Positions 1-10,375 of a DNA stretch of 64,000 bases are shown here, one piece after another. The stretch is from an uncultured beta proteobacterium (GTDB taxonomy: Bacteria > Pseudomonadota > Gammaproteobacteria > Burkholderiales > SG8-39), in assembly GCA_963719995.1 (NCBI GenBank), contig CAVRDW010000005.1, forward strand, positions 2,169,975 to 2,233,974, given 5' to 3'. The translations under genes and the position numbers were made by a program. Below the pieces are notes generated by a model that was given only the letters and a program-made list of their open reading frames with translations, made no database searches and was not told where the DNA came from. Position 1 is the stretch's first letter; the number at the start of each line of letters is the position of its first letter.

Positions 1-428
1 ACGCCCGCGGAGATCACGCAGAGCGCCACGTAGACGCCCGCGGTGTCCACCATCGGCACCTTGAGGTCGGGGTTGCGCTCCTTCTGCTTGCGCATGTAGC
101 GGAAGAGCGCGGTGAGCGGCACGCGGTCGCCCGTGCCGAAGCGCTGCGCGAGCAGGATCGGCGCGAGCACCGCCGGCAACCACTGGAAGGCGCCGATCAC
201 GCCCTGCGACACGCCGCGGTTGGCGCCGATCACGATCGCCAGCCCCACGAAGAACACGGTGCACAGGTCGGAGATGCGCGCGTAGTCCGTCGGATCGAGC
301 GCAAAGCGCATCCGCATCCACCGCGGCGCCTCCAGCAGCAACGCGAGCGGCACGGCAATCAGCAGGTTGCCGCTCTGCCAGCCCCAGAAGAGTGTGGCTG
401 CGCCGACCAGGAGGGGTGGCAGGCTCAA
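1..428 (-). CDS. Transglutaminase-associated (TgpA/DUF3488-like) integral membrane protein, N-terminal part; the gene runs off the left edge
   Basis: My own minus-strand translation is open and hydrophobic (LSLPPLLVGAATLFWGWQSGNLLIAVPLALLLEAPRWMRMRFALDPTDYARISDLCTVFFVGLAIV...). It lies directly downstream of the DUF58 gene, and MoxR-DUF58-transglutaminase membrane protein is a conserved gene order. The start (TTG at 428) is a guess. Confidence 0.45.
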   Translation of the reverse strand, partial: MSLPPLLVGAATLFWGWQSGNLLIAVPLALLLEAPRWMRMRFALDPTDYARISDLCTVFFVGLAIVIGANRGVSQGVIGAFQWLPAVLAPILLAQRFGTGDRVPLTALFRYMRKQKERNPDLKVPMVDTAGVYVALCVISAG

Positions 429-502
429 GGCGGCACTCGCAGCTCGGGCACCGGCGGCGGACGCGCCTGCGGCGCCTACTTCGGCTTCGGGGCGTCGAGC
501 GC

Positions 503-1849
503 TCACCGCAGCACCCGACTCTCCAGGCGCGCGAGGCCTGCTTCGATCGCTCCGGGATGCACGACGACGAGCCATGCGGGCGGGTTCGGCGGCGCATCGC
601 GGCGGTCGCAGACGAGGATCGCGCGCACTTCGATGCCGCTCGCGGCGAGGCGCTCGGCGAGCGCGCGGCGCGCTTCGTCCCAGTCCACCAGCACCAGGAT
701 GCAGCTCGCGAGCTGCGCGCGCTGCGCGAGCACCGCGTGCGCCAGGCGCTCGAAATCCTGCGGGGCGCTCGGGCCCACGCCGGCGAGCGTCTCGAGCATG
801 TGCTCGGCGTGCAGCTGGCCACGCCCTGCGGTGCTGTGGTGCACGCTGCCGCCTACGAACAGCAAGTCGAGCAGGCACTCCTGCGTGTCGATGGTGTAGA
901 CGAAGGACGCCGCCACCGCCACCGCGTCCTCGAAGGCGGCGTCCTCGCCGCGGCGCGAGCCGGTGTCGAGCACCAGCGCGTGGCGCTCGAAGAACTCGTC
1001 CTGGAACTCCTTGACGATCGGGCGGCCGGTGCGCGCGAAACTCTTCCAGTGGATGCGCTGCAGCGGGTCGCCCGGCCGGTACTCGCGCAGCGACAGGAAC
1101 TCCTCGGTGTCGCCCACCGAGCTCGCGAGCGACACGCCGCCGGGCTGGTGCTTGCGCCGGCCGGGGAGCGCGAGGCGCGGCAGCCGGTAGCGGCGCGGCA
1201 GGGCGACGATGCGCGCCGGCAGTGGCAGGTGCGCGAGGCCCCTCACCAGGCCGAGGGGGTCGCTGCGCTGCATCACCAGGCCCGCGAGCTCGATGCGCCC
1301 GCGGCGCCGCGGCGTCATCTGCAGCCGCAGGGTGTGGCGCGCGCCCGGCGCGAGCGCCGGCAGCGGCGCTTCGCGCAGCGGCTCCGGCGTCACGCGCTCG
1401 ATCAGCCAGCGCCAGCGGAAGTAGCCGACGTTGCGGTCGAACCAGTTGCGGTCTTCCTCGCCCGGCTCGCGTGCCCGCCGCCAGGCCGCGAAGCCCGGCC
1501 GCGGGTCGCGCACGGCTTCCACGACGCTCACGCCGGCGATCGGCCGCCTGCCCCTGTTGGCGATCTCGACGGGGTAGCTGAAGGCCTCTCCCGCCGTGGC
1601 ATAGCGCGGCAGGTCGCGTTGCACCTCCACGCGCGCGCGCAGGAAGAAGCTCCCGGCGTACGCCAGCACGAGCAGCGCGCCGAGCAGCGCTCCCGCCTGG
1701 TAGCTCGCGCCCTGCGCGGTGTCGAACCCGGCCGCGAGCGCCGCGCCGCCGGCGCCGAGCGCCAGCCAGCCGGCGGCGGTCAGCCGCTCCCGCAGCCAGT
1801 GATCGAGCGCGCTCACCGCGCGCAGGGCCGCGTAGATGAGCCGTCTCAC
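503..1849 (-). CDS. DUF58 (vWA-like) domain protein, MoxR partner
   Basis: ORF 503..2188 contains the typical DUF58 core (SVGDTEEFLSLREYRPGDPLQRIHWKSFARTGRPIVKEFQDE, HALVLDTG). A GTG at 1849 overlaps the MoxR stop (GTGA), giving 448 aa. The N-terminal half carries two hydrophobic segments. Confidence 0.85.
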   Translation of the reverse strand: MRRLIYAALRAVSALDHWLRERLTAAGWLALGAGGAALAAGFDTAQGASYQAGALLGALLVLAYAGSFFLRARVEVQRDLPRYATAGEAFSYPVEIANRGRRPIAGVSVVEAVRDPRPGFAAWRRAREPGEEDRNWFDRNVGYFRWRWLIERVTPEPLREAPLPALAPGARHTLRLQMTPRRRGRIELAGLVMQRSDPLGLVRGLAHLPLPARIVALPRRYRLPRLALPGRRKHQPGGVSLASSVGDTEEFLSLREYRPGDPLQRIHWKSFARTGRPIVKEFQDEFFERHALVLDTGSRRGEDAAFEDAVAVAASFVYTIDTQECLLDLLFVGGSVHHSTAGRGQLHAEHMLETLAGVGPSAPQDFERLAHAVLAQRAQLASCILVLVDWDEARRALAERLAASGIEVRAILVCDRRDAPPNPPAWLVVVHPGAIEAGLARLESRVLR

Positions 1850-2789
1850 GCCGGGACCTTCACCTCCCGCAGGATGTCGGCGACGAGGCCCTGCGCGGAC
1901 ACCCCGGCGAAGCGCGCCTGCGGGTCGAGCACCATGCGGTGCGCGAGCGTGGACACCGCCAGCTCTTGCACGTGCTCGGGCCGCACGTAGTCCTCGCCAT
2001 CGAAGAGCGCGAGCGCCTTGGCGGTGTGGGTGAGCGCGATCGAGGCGCGCGGCCCGCAGCCGAGCAGCACCTGCGGCGCCGAGCGCGTGCGGCGCACCAG
2101 CTCCACCACGTAGTGGCGGATCTCGTCGGCGACGCGCACGTGGCGCGCCGCGTCCTTGAGCGCGAGCACCTCTTCGCGCGCTCGCCACCGGCGCGGATCG
2201 CGTCCAGCGGATGGCCGAGGTCCTGCGCGGCGAGCACCGCGACCTCGGTGTCCGCGTCCACGTAGCCGAGCGCGAGGCAAAGCGCGAAGCGGTCCATCTG
2301 CGCTTCCGGCAGGGGATAGGTGCCGCGGAACTCCACCGGGTTCTGCGTCGCCACCACGAAGAAGAGCTGATCCATCGGGTGCGTGCGGCCCTCCACCGAT
2401 ACCTGGCTCTCGGCCATCACCTCGAGCAGCGCCGACTGCGTGCGCGGGCTCGCGCGGTTGATCTCGTCGGCGAGCAGGATGCTGGTGAATACGGGCCCCT
2501 CGCGGAACTCGAAGCTCTGGTCGCGCTGGTTGAACACCGAGACGCCGAGGATGTCCGAGGGCAGGAGATCCGGCGTGAACTGCACGCGCGCGAAGCGCGC
2601 GCCGATCGAGGCGGCGAGGCTCTTGGCGAGCGTGGTCTTGCCGGTGCCGGGGAAGTCGTCCACCAGCACGTGGCCGCCGGCGGCGAACGCGGCGAGGAGC
2701 TTCCGCACCTGCGCGTGCTGGCCGCGCATCACCTTCTCGATGTTGCCGGCGATGCGCTGGAAGAGTTGCTGCGCTTCGGGTGCCTGCAT
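1846..2789 (-). CDS. MoxR-family AAA+ ATPase (apparent frameshift near 2165-2205)
   Basis: It starts at MQAPEAQQLFQRI (ATG 2789) with Walker A GTGKT and LLADEINRASPRTQSALLEVMAE. The C-terminal part (EEVLALKDAARHVRVADEIRHYVVELVRRTR...VKVPA) continues in the frame of ORF 1846..2280. Confidence 0.85.
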
Positions 2790-2797
2790 GTCGGTCC

Positions 2798-3157
2798 TAG
2801 GGAAGCTCTGCACAAGTCGCGCGGTGGCGCGTTGCGGCCGGAACGTGGCGCCGGCTAGGCGCGCGGCCGCAGCGATATGTCGATATCGCAAGGCCGAGCA
2901 ACAACGCCGGCGCCCGTGTCATCGCGCTATCGTAAGCCAACCGTCGCGGACTTCCGGCCGCAACCCGAAGGCGGCGAGGCCTTTGCCTTGAACGCCCGCC
3001 TCGCGGCCTCGCCGCCTGGAGGGACGGGGCGAGTTTTGCCGCGATGGCATCGCCATCGGCCGCCTTGTGGGCGTCAAGCACACGGCGGCGTCCGCTGGCT
3101 CGCCCTGCACGAAAATCGCCACCGTCGCGCACGCGGGACTTGTGCAGAGCTTCCCTA
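2798..3157. mobile_element. MITE-like non-coding element bounded by terminal inverted repeats
   Basis: TAGGGAAGCTCTGCACAAGTC at 2798-2818 is repeated as a perfect 21-nt reverse complement at 3137-3157. Imperfect pairing extends about 10 nt further inward. The roughly 360-bp interior has no convincing ORF. The element fills the gap between the MoxR start and the SDR stop. Confidence 0.45.
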
Positions 3158-4007
3158 AAACTTGAGCCGCTTCATGAGCGTTGCGGGGATGTGCTTGATC
3201 ACCAGCATGATGAGGCGCCAGAAAAAGGGATGGTAGATCTCGGCGCGGCCCTTCAGCGCCGCGCGCATCATCGCGCGGGCGCAGGCCTCGGGCGAGGACA
3301 CGAGGAACAAGCCCGGGCATGCCCCAGGTCATGGCGGTGTCGACGAATCCCGGCTTGACCAGCGTCACGCTCGCGCCCGAGGCGAAGAGTCGCGCGCGCA
3401 GTCCCTCGGCATAGGTCGCGAGGCCCGCCTTGGCCGAGCCGTAGAGGTAGTTCTTGCGCCGGCCGCGGTCTCCGGACACTGAGCCCACGATGACCACGCG
3501 CCCGCCCTTCTGGCGCTCGAGCTCCGGCGCAAGGCCCTGCAGCAGCGCCATCGGCCCGGCGTAGGTCGCCTCGATCATGCGGGCGAGCAGGGCGGGATCC
3601 GTGTCCATCGCGTCCTGCGCCGGCATCTGCGCGATGGCCATGAAGACGTTGAGGGTCGTGTCCGGAAGCGGCGCACTGGCGATGCACTCGGCGCGCGACG
3701 CCGGATCCGCGGCATCGCAGGCCAACACCCTGGTTGAAGATGCGCCACGCAGCCCGAGGTCCGCCGCGGTCTCGGTGAGGTCATCCTGATCGCGGCCGGC
3801 AAGCGTGAGCTCTGCACCTCGCGCAGCGGCTTCCCGCGCGAAAGCTCGCGCCATGGCGGAGGAGGCGCCGAAAATGAGCCAGTGCTCGTTCACGGCAGGC
3901 GATCCCGCTGGCGAAGTCGCCGCGGCGGTCATCGCAGCCGATCCGCAGGCGCAGGCGCCGGCGGTCATCGCAGCCGCTCCCGCAGGCGCAGGCGACGCGG
4001 CAGTCAT
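3155..4007 (-). CDS. Short-chain dehydrogenase/reductase, DprE2-like (apparent frameshift near 3300-3315)
   Basis: ORF 2919..4007 carries WLIFGASSAMARAF (NAD(P) binding) and YGSAKAGL (the YxxxK motif). After VKPGFVDTAMTWGMPG the protein continues in another frame as LFLVSSPEACARAMMRAALKGRAEIYHPFFWRLIMLVIKHIPATLMKRLKF, ending with stop TAG 3157-3155. Start candidates are ATG 4007, 3968 and 3932, all inside a tandem repeat. Confidence 0.75.
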
Positions 4008-4031
4008 CGCAGCCGCTCCCGCAGGCGCAGC
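3928..4031. repeat. Tandem triplication (36/39-bp period) of the stop/start junction between the FAD oxidase and the SDR
   Basis: GTCATCGCAGCCG(A/C)TCCGCAGGCGCAGGC-type copies begin at 3928, 3964 and 4003. On the coding strand each copy reads ...CTGCGCCTGCGGGAGCGGCTGCGATGA, which is the oxidase C-terminus (LRLRERLR stop) plus an overlapping ATG. Confidence 0.85.
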
Positions 4032-5347
4032 CGCCGCGACATGTCCGACTGCATCCGCAAGTGTGGGTCGATCTGCGCCAGCACGTCCTGGAATCTCTCC
4101 AGGTCAGGATACATGCGGCGCAGGTTCTCCGCCGACAGCGTCGAGTCCTTGGCAAGGTAGGTGCGCCCGCCGTGGTCGCAGGTGAGGCGCTCGAGCTGCG
4201 CGATCAACTCGCGCGCGCCGCGTGCGTTCGCAAAATCCAGCGCCAGCGTATAGCCTGGGCGCGGAAACGACAGGTAGCCCAGCCCGGCCTGGCCCATCGC
4301 CTTGAGCACGGCGAGAAAGGACCCGCGGCCGGACTTCGCGATCATCTCGAGCATCTTGGCTAGCGCCGCGGGGCCCTCCCGGAAAGGCACGACGCACTGG
4401 AACTGGTGGAAGCCGCGCTTGCCGTAGATGCGGTTCCAGTCATGCAGCGCATCGAGCGGGAAGAGGAATTCCCCGTATGCCGCGCGCCGCTCGAGGCCGC
4501 CGCTTGGCACCCTCGACCAGTAGGCCTGGTTGAACATGCGCACCGACAGGGGATTGAGCGCGAACTCGGGAAAGTCGATGGGGATGCGTCTTGCCTTGCG
4601 CGGCGCCGCCTCGACGTCCTCGGCCGCCGGCGACGCCGCCTCCAGGATGCCGCGGCCCGTGGCGCCGCCCCGTGCCAGCGCGTCGATCCAGCCGACGACA
4701 TAGTGCGAGCGGTCGCGCTCCTCGTCGAACGCGACGAAGAACTCGTCGAGGTTCGCGATGCGCCGTTTGCGAACGGTGACCGCATTGGACGGCACTTGCT
4801 TGAGGCGGATGCAGACCCGTTCGATCACGCCGGTCAGGCCAATCCCCCCCAGCGTCGCCTTGAACAGGGCTTCATCGCGTGCCGGCTCGATGCGATACAC
4901 CTCTCCGCCGGGCAATCGCAGGTCGAACCACTCGAGATGCTGCCCGAGGCTGCCGGCCTGGTGGTGGTTCTTGCCGTGAACGTCGTTGGCGACGCCGCCG
5001 CCCAGGGTCGCAAAGCCCGTGCCGGGCACGACCGGGGGTGCGAAGCCGTGGGGCAGAAAGGTGTCGAGCACGTCGGCAAAGGTTGCGCCGGCCTCGGCGA
5101 CGAGCATGCCGCTTTGCGGGTCGAAGGCGAGGAAGCGGTTGAGGCGGCCCATCAGCACAGCGTGGCCGCCGGAGTTGAGCGCCGCGTCGCCGTAGCTGCG
5201 CCCGGCTCCGTAGGCGAGCAGCGAATCGCCTTGCGCACCTGCGAAGATGGCCGCAAGGTCCCGGATCCTCTCCGGCCGCGCAGCGGCAGACCGCGCCCGC
5301 AGCACGCGGCCCCATCCCGCCAGTTCCTTTTGCGCCCAGATCGGCAT
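4004..5347 (-). CDS. FAD-binding oxidoreductase, DprE1-like (FAD-linked oxidase family)
   Basis: This is an intact 447-aa ORF. It shows FAD-binding PCMH-type motifs (AYGAGRSYGDAALN, PGTGFATLGGGVANDVHGKNHH) and the tail DFANARGARELIAQLERLTCDHGGRTYLAKD. Its stop overlaps the SDR ATG (ATGA). Confidence 0.8.
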   Translation of the reverse strand: MPIWAQKELAGWGRVLRARSAAARPERIRDLAAIFAGAQGDSLLAYGAGRSYGDAALNSGGHAVLMGRLNRFLAFDPQSGMLVAEAGATFADVLDTFLPHGFAPPVVPGTGFATLGGGVANDVHGKNHHQAGSLGQHLEWFDLRLPGGEVYRIEPARDEALFKATLGGIGLTGVIERVCIRLKQVPSNAVTVRKRRIANLDEFFVAFDEERDRSHYVVGWIDALARGGATGRGILEAASPAAEDVEAAPRKARRIPIDFPEFALNPLSVRMFNQAYWSRVPSGGLERRAAYGEFLFPLDALHDWNRIYGKRGFHQFQCVVPFREGPAALAKMLEMIAKSGRGSFLAVLKAMGQAGLGYLSFPRPGYTLALDFANARGARELIAQLERLTCDHGGRTYLAKDSTLSAENLRRMYPDLERFQDVLAQIDPHLRMQSDMSRRLRLRERLR

Positions 5348-6381
5348 CAGGGCCCGCTAGCGCCGCCCGCGGAGGCGACGTTCGCGGCACGCGCCGCCGC
5401 GTTCATCGCCACCGGCATCAGCATCACCCCGATCGCCACCGCGAACCAGAACGTCGTGATGCGGATGATCGCCGTGGCGGCCAGCGCCGTGCTCAGGTCC
5501 ACGCCGAGTGCCTTGAGCAGGATCACGATCGTCGCCTCGGTGCTGCCCAGGCCGCCCGGCAGCATGCTGAGCGCGCCGACGATGATGCTGAAGCAGAAGA
5601 TGAATACGGCGTTGAGCAGCCCGATGTCGGCGCCGAGGTGGCGCAGCAGGAGGAACAGCGCCGCACCCTCGGCAAACCAGCCGAGCATGCTCGGGCCGAG
5701 GGTCAAGCCGTAGCTGCGCCAGCTGCTCAGGTCGGCCATCGCCCGCATGGTGCGCCGCGCGCGCACCAGCAGGCGGCCGCGCCGGGGGAGAAATCCGTAG
5801 AGCGCGATCAGCAGGGGCTCGAAGCGGCGCGGAAAGAGTATGGGCACGGAGATCGCGGCGATCACCAGGGCAAGCGCCGCGCCCTGCCACCGGTACTGCG
5901 CGAAGCCGGCGATCGACACGATCGACAACAGCAGCACCGCCCAGAGGTCGATGGCCCGGTCCGCGAGCATCAAGGGCAGCGACCTTGCGTAAGGCACGCC
6001 GTGGCCCGACTTGAGGAACCAGAGGCGCACCGCTTCGCCCGCCTTGCCGGGCGTCGAGGTCAGGCTGTAGCCCGCCAGGTAATAGGCCACGTTGGCGGCC
6101 ACCGGCACGCGCAGGCCGAGGAACCTGCCGAGGATCAACCAGCGCCAGGCCCGCACCGCGTAATTGACGAGCGACAGGCCGAGCAGCATCGCGACCAGCG
6201 TTGCAGGCAGGGACAACGCCGCCCGCAGCATGTCGTCGTCGATGAAGACGAACACTGCGGCGACCCCGGTCAGATAGATCGCTGCGGTGGCGCCAAGGGC
6301 TAGCCTTCTTCCGCGCGTGAAAGGGCTGGCGCGGGACTTGCCGGCATGTGTCCCTGCGCGATCGCCTGTCCCGCGTCGCAC
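5347..6381 (-). CDS. UPF0104 / lysylphosphatidylglycerol-synthase-TM-region-like (flippase-like) membrane protein
   Basis: A 344-aa polytopic hydrophobic ORF (SLVNYAVRAWRWLILGRFLG, LTSTPGKAGEAVRLWFLK, GALSMLPGGLGSTEATIVILL). It overlaps the oxidase start by 1 nt. The exact start is uncertain. Confidence 0.7.
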   Translation of the reverse strand: MRRGTGDRAGTHAGKSRASPFTRGRRLALGATAAIYLTGVAAVFVFIDDDMLRAALSLPATLVAMLLGLSLVNYAVRAWRWLILGRFLGLRVPVAANVAYYLAGYSLTSTPGKAGEAVRLWFLKSGHGVPYARSLPLMLADRAIDLWAVLLLSIVSIAGFAQYRWQGAALALVIAAISVPILFPRRFEPLLIALYGFLPRRGRLLVRARRTMRAMADLSSWRSYGLTLGPSMLGWFAEGAALFLLLRHLGADIGLLNAVFIFCFSIIVGALSMLPGGLGSTEATIVILLKALGVDLSTALAATAIIRITTFWFAVAIGVMLMPVAMNAAARAANVASAGGASGP

Positions 6382-7110
6382 TCAGAACTTCTCCGCCCAG
6401 GGCCTGAGGTCGGCCTCGAAGGTCCACGCCGTGCGCGGCTGGGCGTGGATCTGGTAGTAGAGCTCGGCGATGGCGTCGGTGGCGAGCATCGCGTCGGGCC
6501 CAAGGTCCTTCACCCGATCGGGGAAGCGCTGGCGCACCGCGGCAGTGTCGATCATGCCGTCGATCACGACGTGCGCGACGTGGATGCCCTTGGGCCCGAG
6601 CTCGCGCGCCATGGATTGCGCCACCGCGCGCAGCCCATTCTTCGCAGCGGCAAAGGCGGCGAAGTGGGAGCCGCCGCGCACCGAGGCCGTGGCGCCGGTG
6701 AAGAGGATCGTGCCCTTGCCGCGCGGCGCCATGCGCCTTGCCGCCTCGCGGCCGAAGAGAAAGCCCGCGAAGCAGCCCAGCCGCCAGATCTTCTCGAACA
6801 TGTCGGCCGGCGTCTCGTGGATCGAGGCGCGGAAATTCGCGCCCGCGTTGAACACCGCGACCTCCACCGGCCCGTGCTCGGACTCGAGCGCGTCGAAGAG
6901 CGCGATCACCTCCTGCTCCTCGCGCAGGTCGGTGGGCGCGGCGAAGGCCTTGTGCCCGGCCTTGACGATCTCGCCCGCGAGGCGCGCGAGGCGGTCGGCG
7001 CTTCGTGCGGCGAGCGCGACGTTGTAGCCCGCGCGCGCAAAGCGCTTGCCGAGGGCGAAGCCGAGGCCCTCGCCCACGCCCGCGATCACCGCGACCGGCG
7101 TCTTGTCCAT
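6382..7110 (-). CDS. SDR-family oxidoreductase
   Basis: MDKTPVAVIAGVGEGLGFALGKRF (a Rossmann GxxxGxG-like motif) and AAFAAAKNGLRAVAQSMAREL are present. An alternative upstream ATG at 7152 lies inside a tandem-repeat region. Confidence 0.8.
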   Translation of the reverse strand: MDKTPVAVIAGVGEGLGFALGKRFARAGYNVALAARSADRLARLAGEIVKAGHKAFAAPTDLREEQEVIALFDALESEHGPVEVAVFNAGANFRASIHETPADMFEKIWRLGCFAGFLFGREAARRMAPRGKGTILFTGATASVRGGSHFAAFAAAKNGLRAVAQSMARELGPKGIHVAHVVIDGMIDTAAVRQRFPDRVKDLGPDAMLATDAIAELYYQIHAQPRTAWTFEADLRPWAEKF

Positions 7111-7277
7111 GCCGGATATCTTAGCCCCGCCCGCGATCGCCGCGGCGCTCATGCCTGACGCGGATCTGCGGCGCTGCCGGCAGCCATCGCCGCGGTCATG
7201 CCTGGAGCTACGCGCCGGCAGCCGTTGCCGCGGTCATGCCTGGAGCGACGCGCCGGCAGCCGTTGCCGCGGTCATGC

Positions 7278-9369
<2,092 letters not shown>

Positions 9370-9370
<1 letters not shown>

Positions 9371-10224
9371 TAGCTGCGCGTGACCAAAACCGTCCCGGCG
9401 AGAATCAAACCTCCCCCAGCCAGCGCCGAGGCGGGGAGCGCTTCGCCGAGGAAGAGCCAGCCCCAGAAAATGCCGAACAACGGGATCAGGTAGGTGACGG
9501 TGAGCGCGCGCGTCGCGCCGACGTCGGCGATGAGGCGAAAGTAGAGGACGAACGCCACCCCGCTGGCGAGGAGCGCGAGACCGAGCAGGTTCGCGATCAC
9601 CAGCGGCGTGGGCGCGGCAAGCGGCGGCAGGAGCGGCAGCAGGGGCAGGAGCACCACCGCCGCCGCGAGCTGGTTGCCCGCCGCCATGCCGCGCGGCGTG
9701 GCGCCTTTCGCGAAGCGCTTGATCAGCACGCCGACGATGCCATAGCAGCAGCAGGCGCCGAGCGCCGCCGCGAGCGCCCAGCCAAAGAGCGGATCGGCCA
9801 TGGTGCCGGAGGGCTGCCCGATGAGCGCCACCCCGGCCACGCCAAGCGCGAGGCCCGTCGCTTTGCGCGCGGTGACGCGCTCGTCGCCAAAGAGCGCCGC
9901 CCAGGCCAGGCCGAAAATGGGCGAGGTGGCGTTGGTGATGGAAAGCAGTCCAGCCGGCGCATGCATCGAGGCAAACGAATACAGGACGAACGGCGCGGCG
10001 ATGCCGACCGCGCCGATCAGCAGGTAGAAGCGCCAGTGCGCGCGCAGCCCCGGGTCGAAGCCGAACGCGCGCAGCCACGCGAGCAGCGCCAGTCCCCCGA
10101 TCAGCACGCGCAGCTCCGCCGTCCACACCGGCCCGAGCACCGGCGCCGCGACGCGCATGAAGATAAACGCCGCGCCCCAGATAGCGGCGAGCGTTACGAG
10201 GCGCGCGTAATCGGCCGGCTTCAC
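9370..10224 (-). CDS. DMT-superfamily (EamA-like) transporter
   Basis: An intact 284-aa ORF with about 10 hydrophobic segments and duplicated EamA-type halves. Confidence 0.8.
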
Positions 10225-10375
10225 GCCGGTAGACCGCTCATGACGGAAGGGCGTTCATAGCGGGAGACTTGCCATGCCGCAGCCTGCCGCAGACCGCCTG
10301 GCCTGGCTCGCCGTTTCCGGACCTCACGGCGCCATGTCCGGAAATGGCGAGCGCGGGCCCGCCGGCGCGCCCATA

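Noticed and set aside
392-1990. Long plus-strand ORFs (392..1990, 367..1014) opposite the DUF58 gene
   Set aside because: They are Arg/Ala/Gly-rich low-complexity translations, typical of antisense frames in high-GC DNA. The minus-strand frame carries clear DUF58 motifs.
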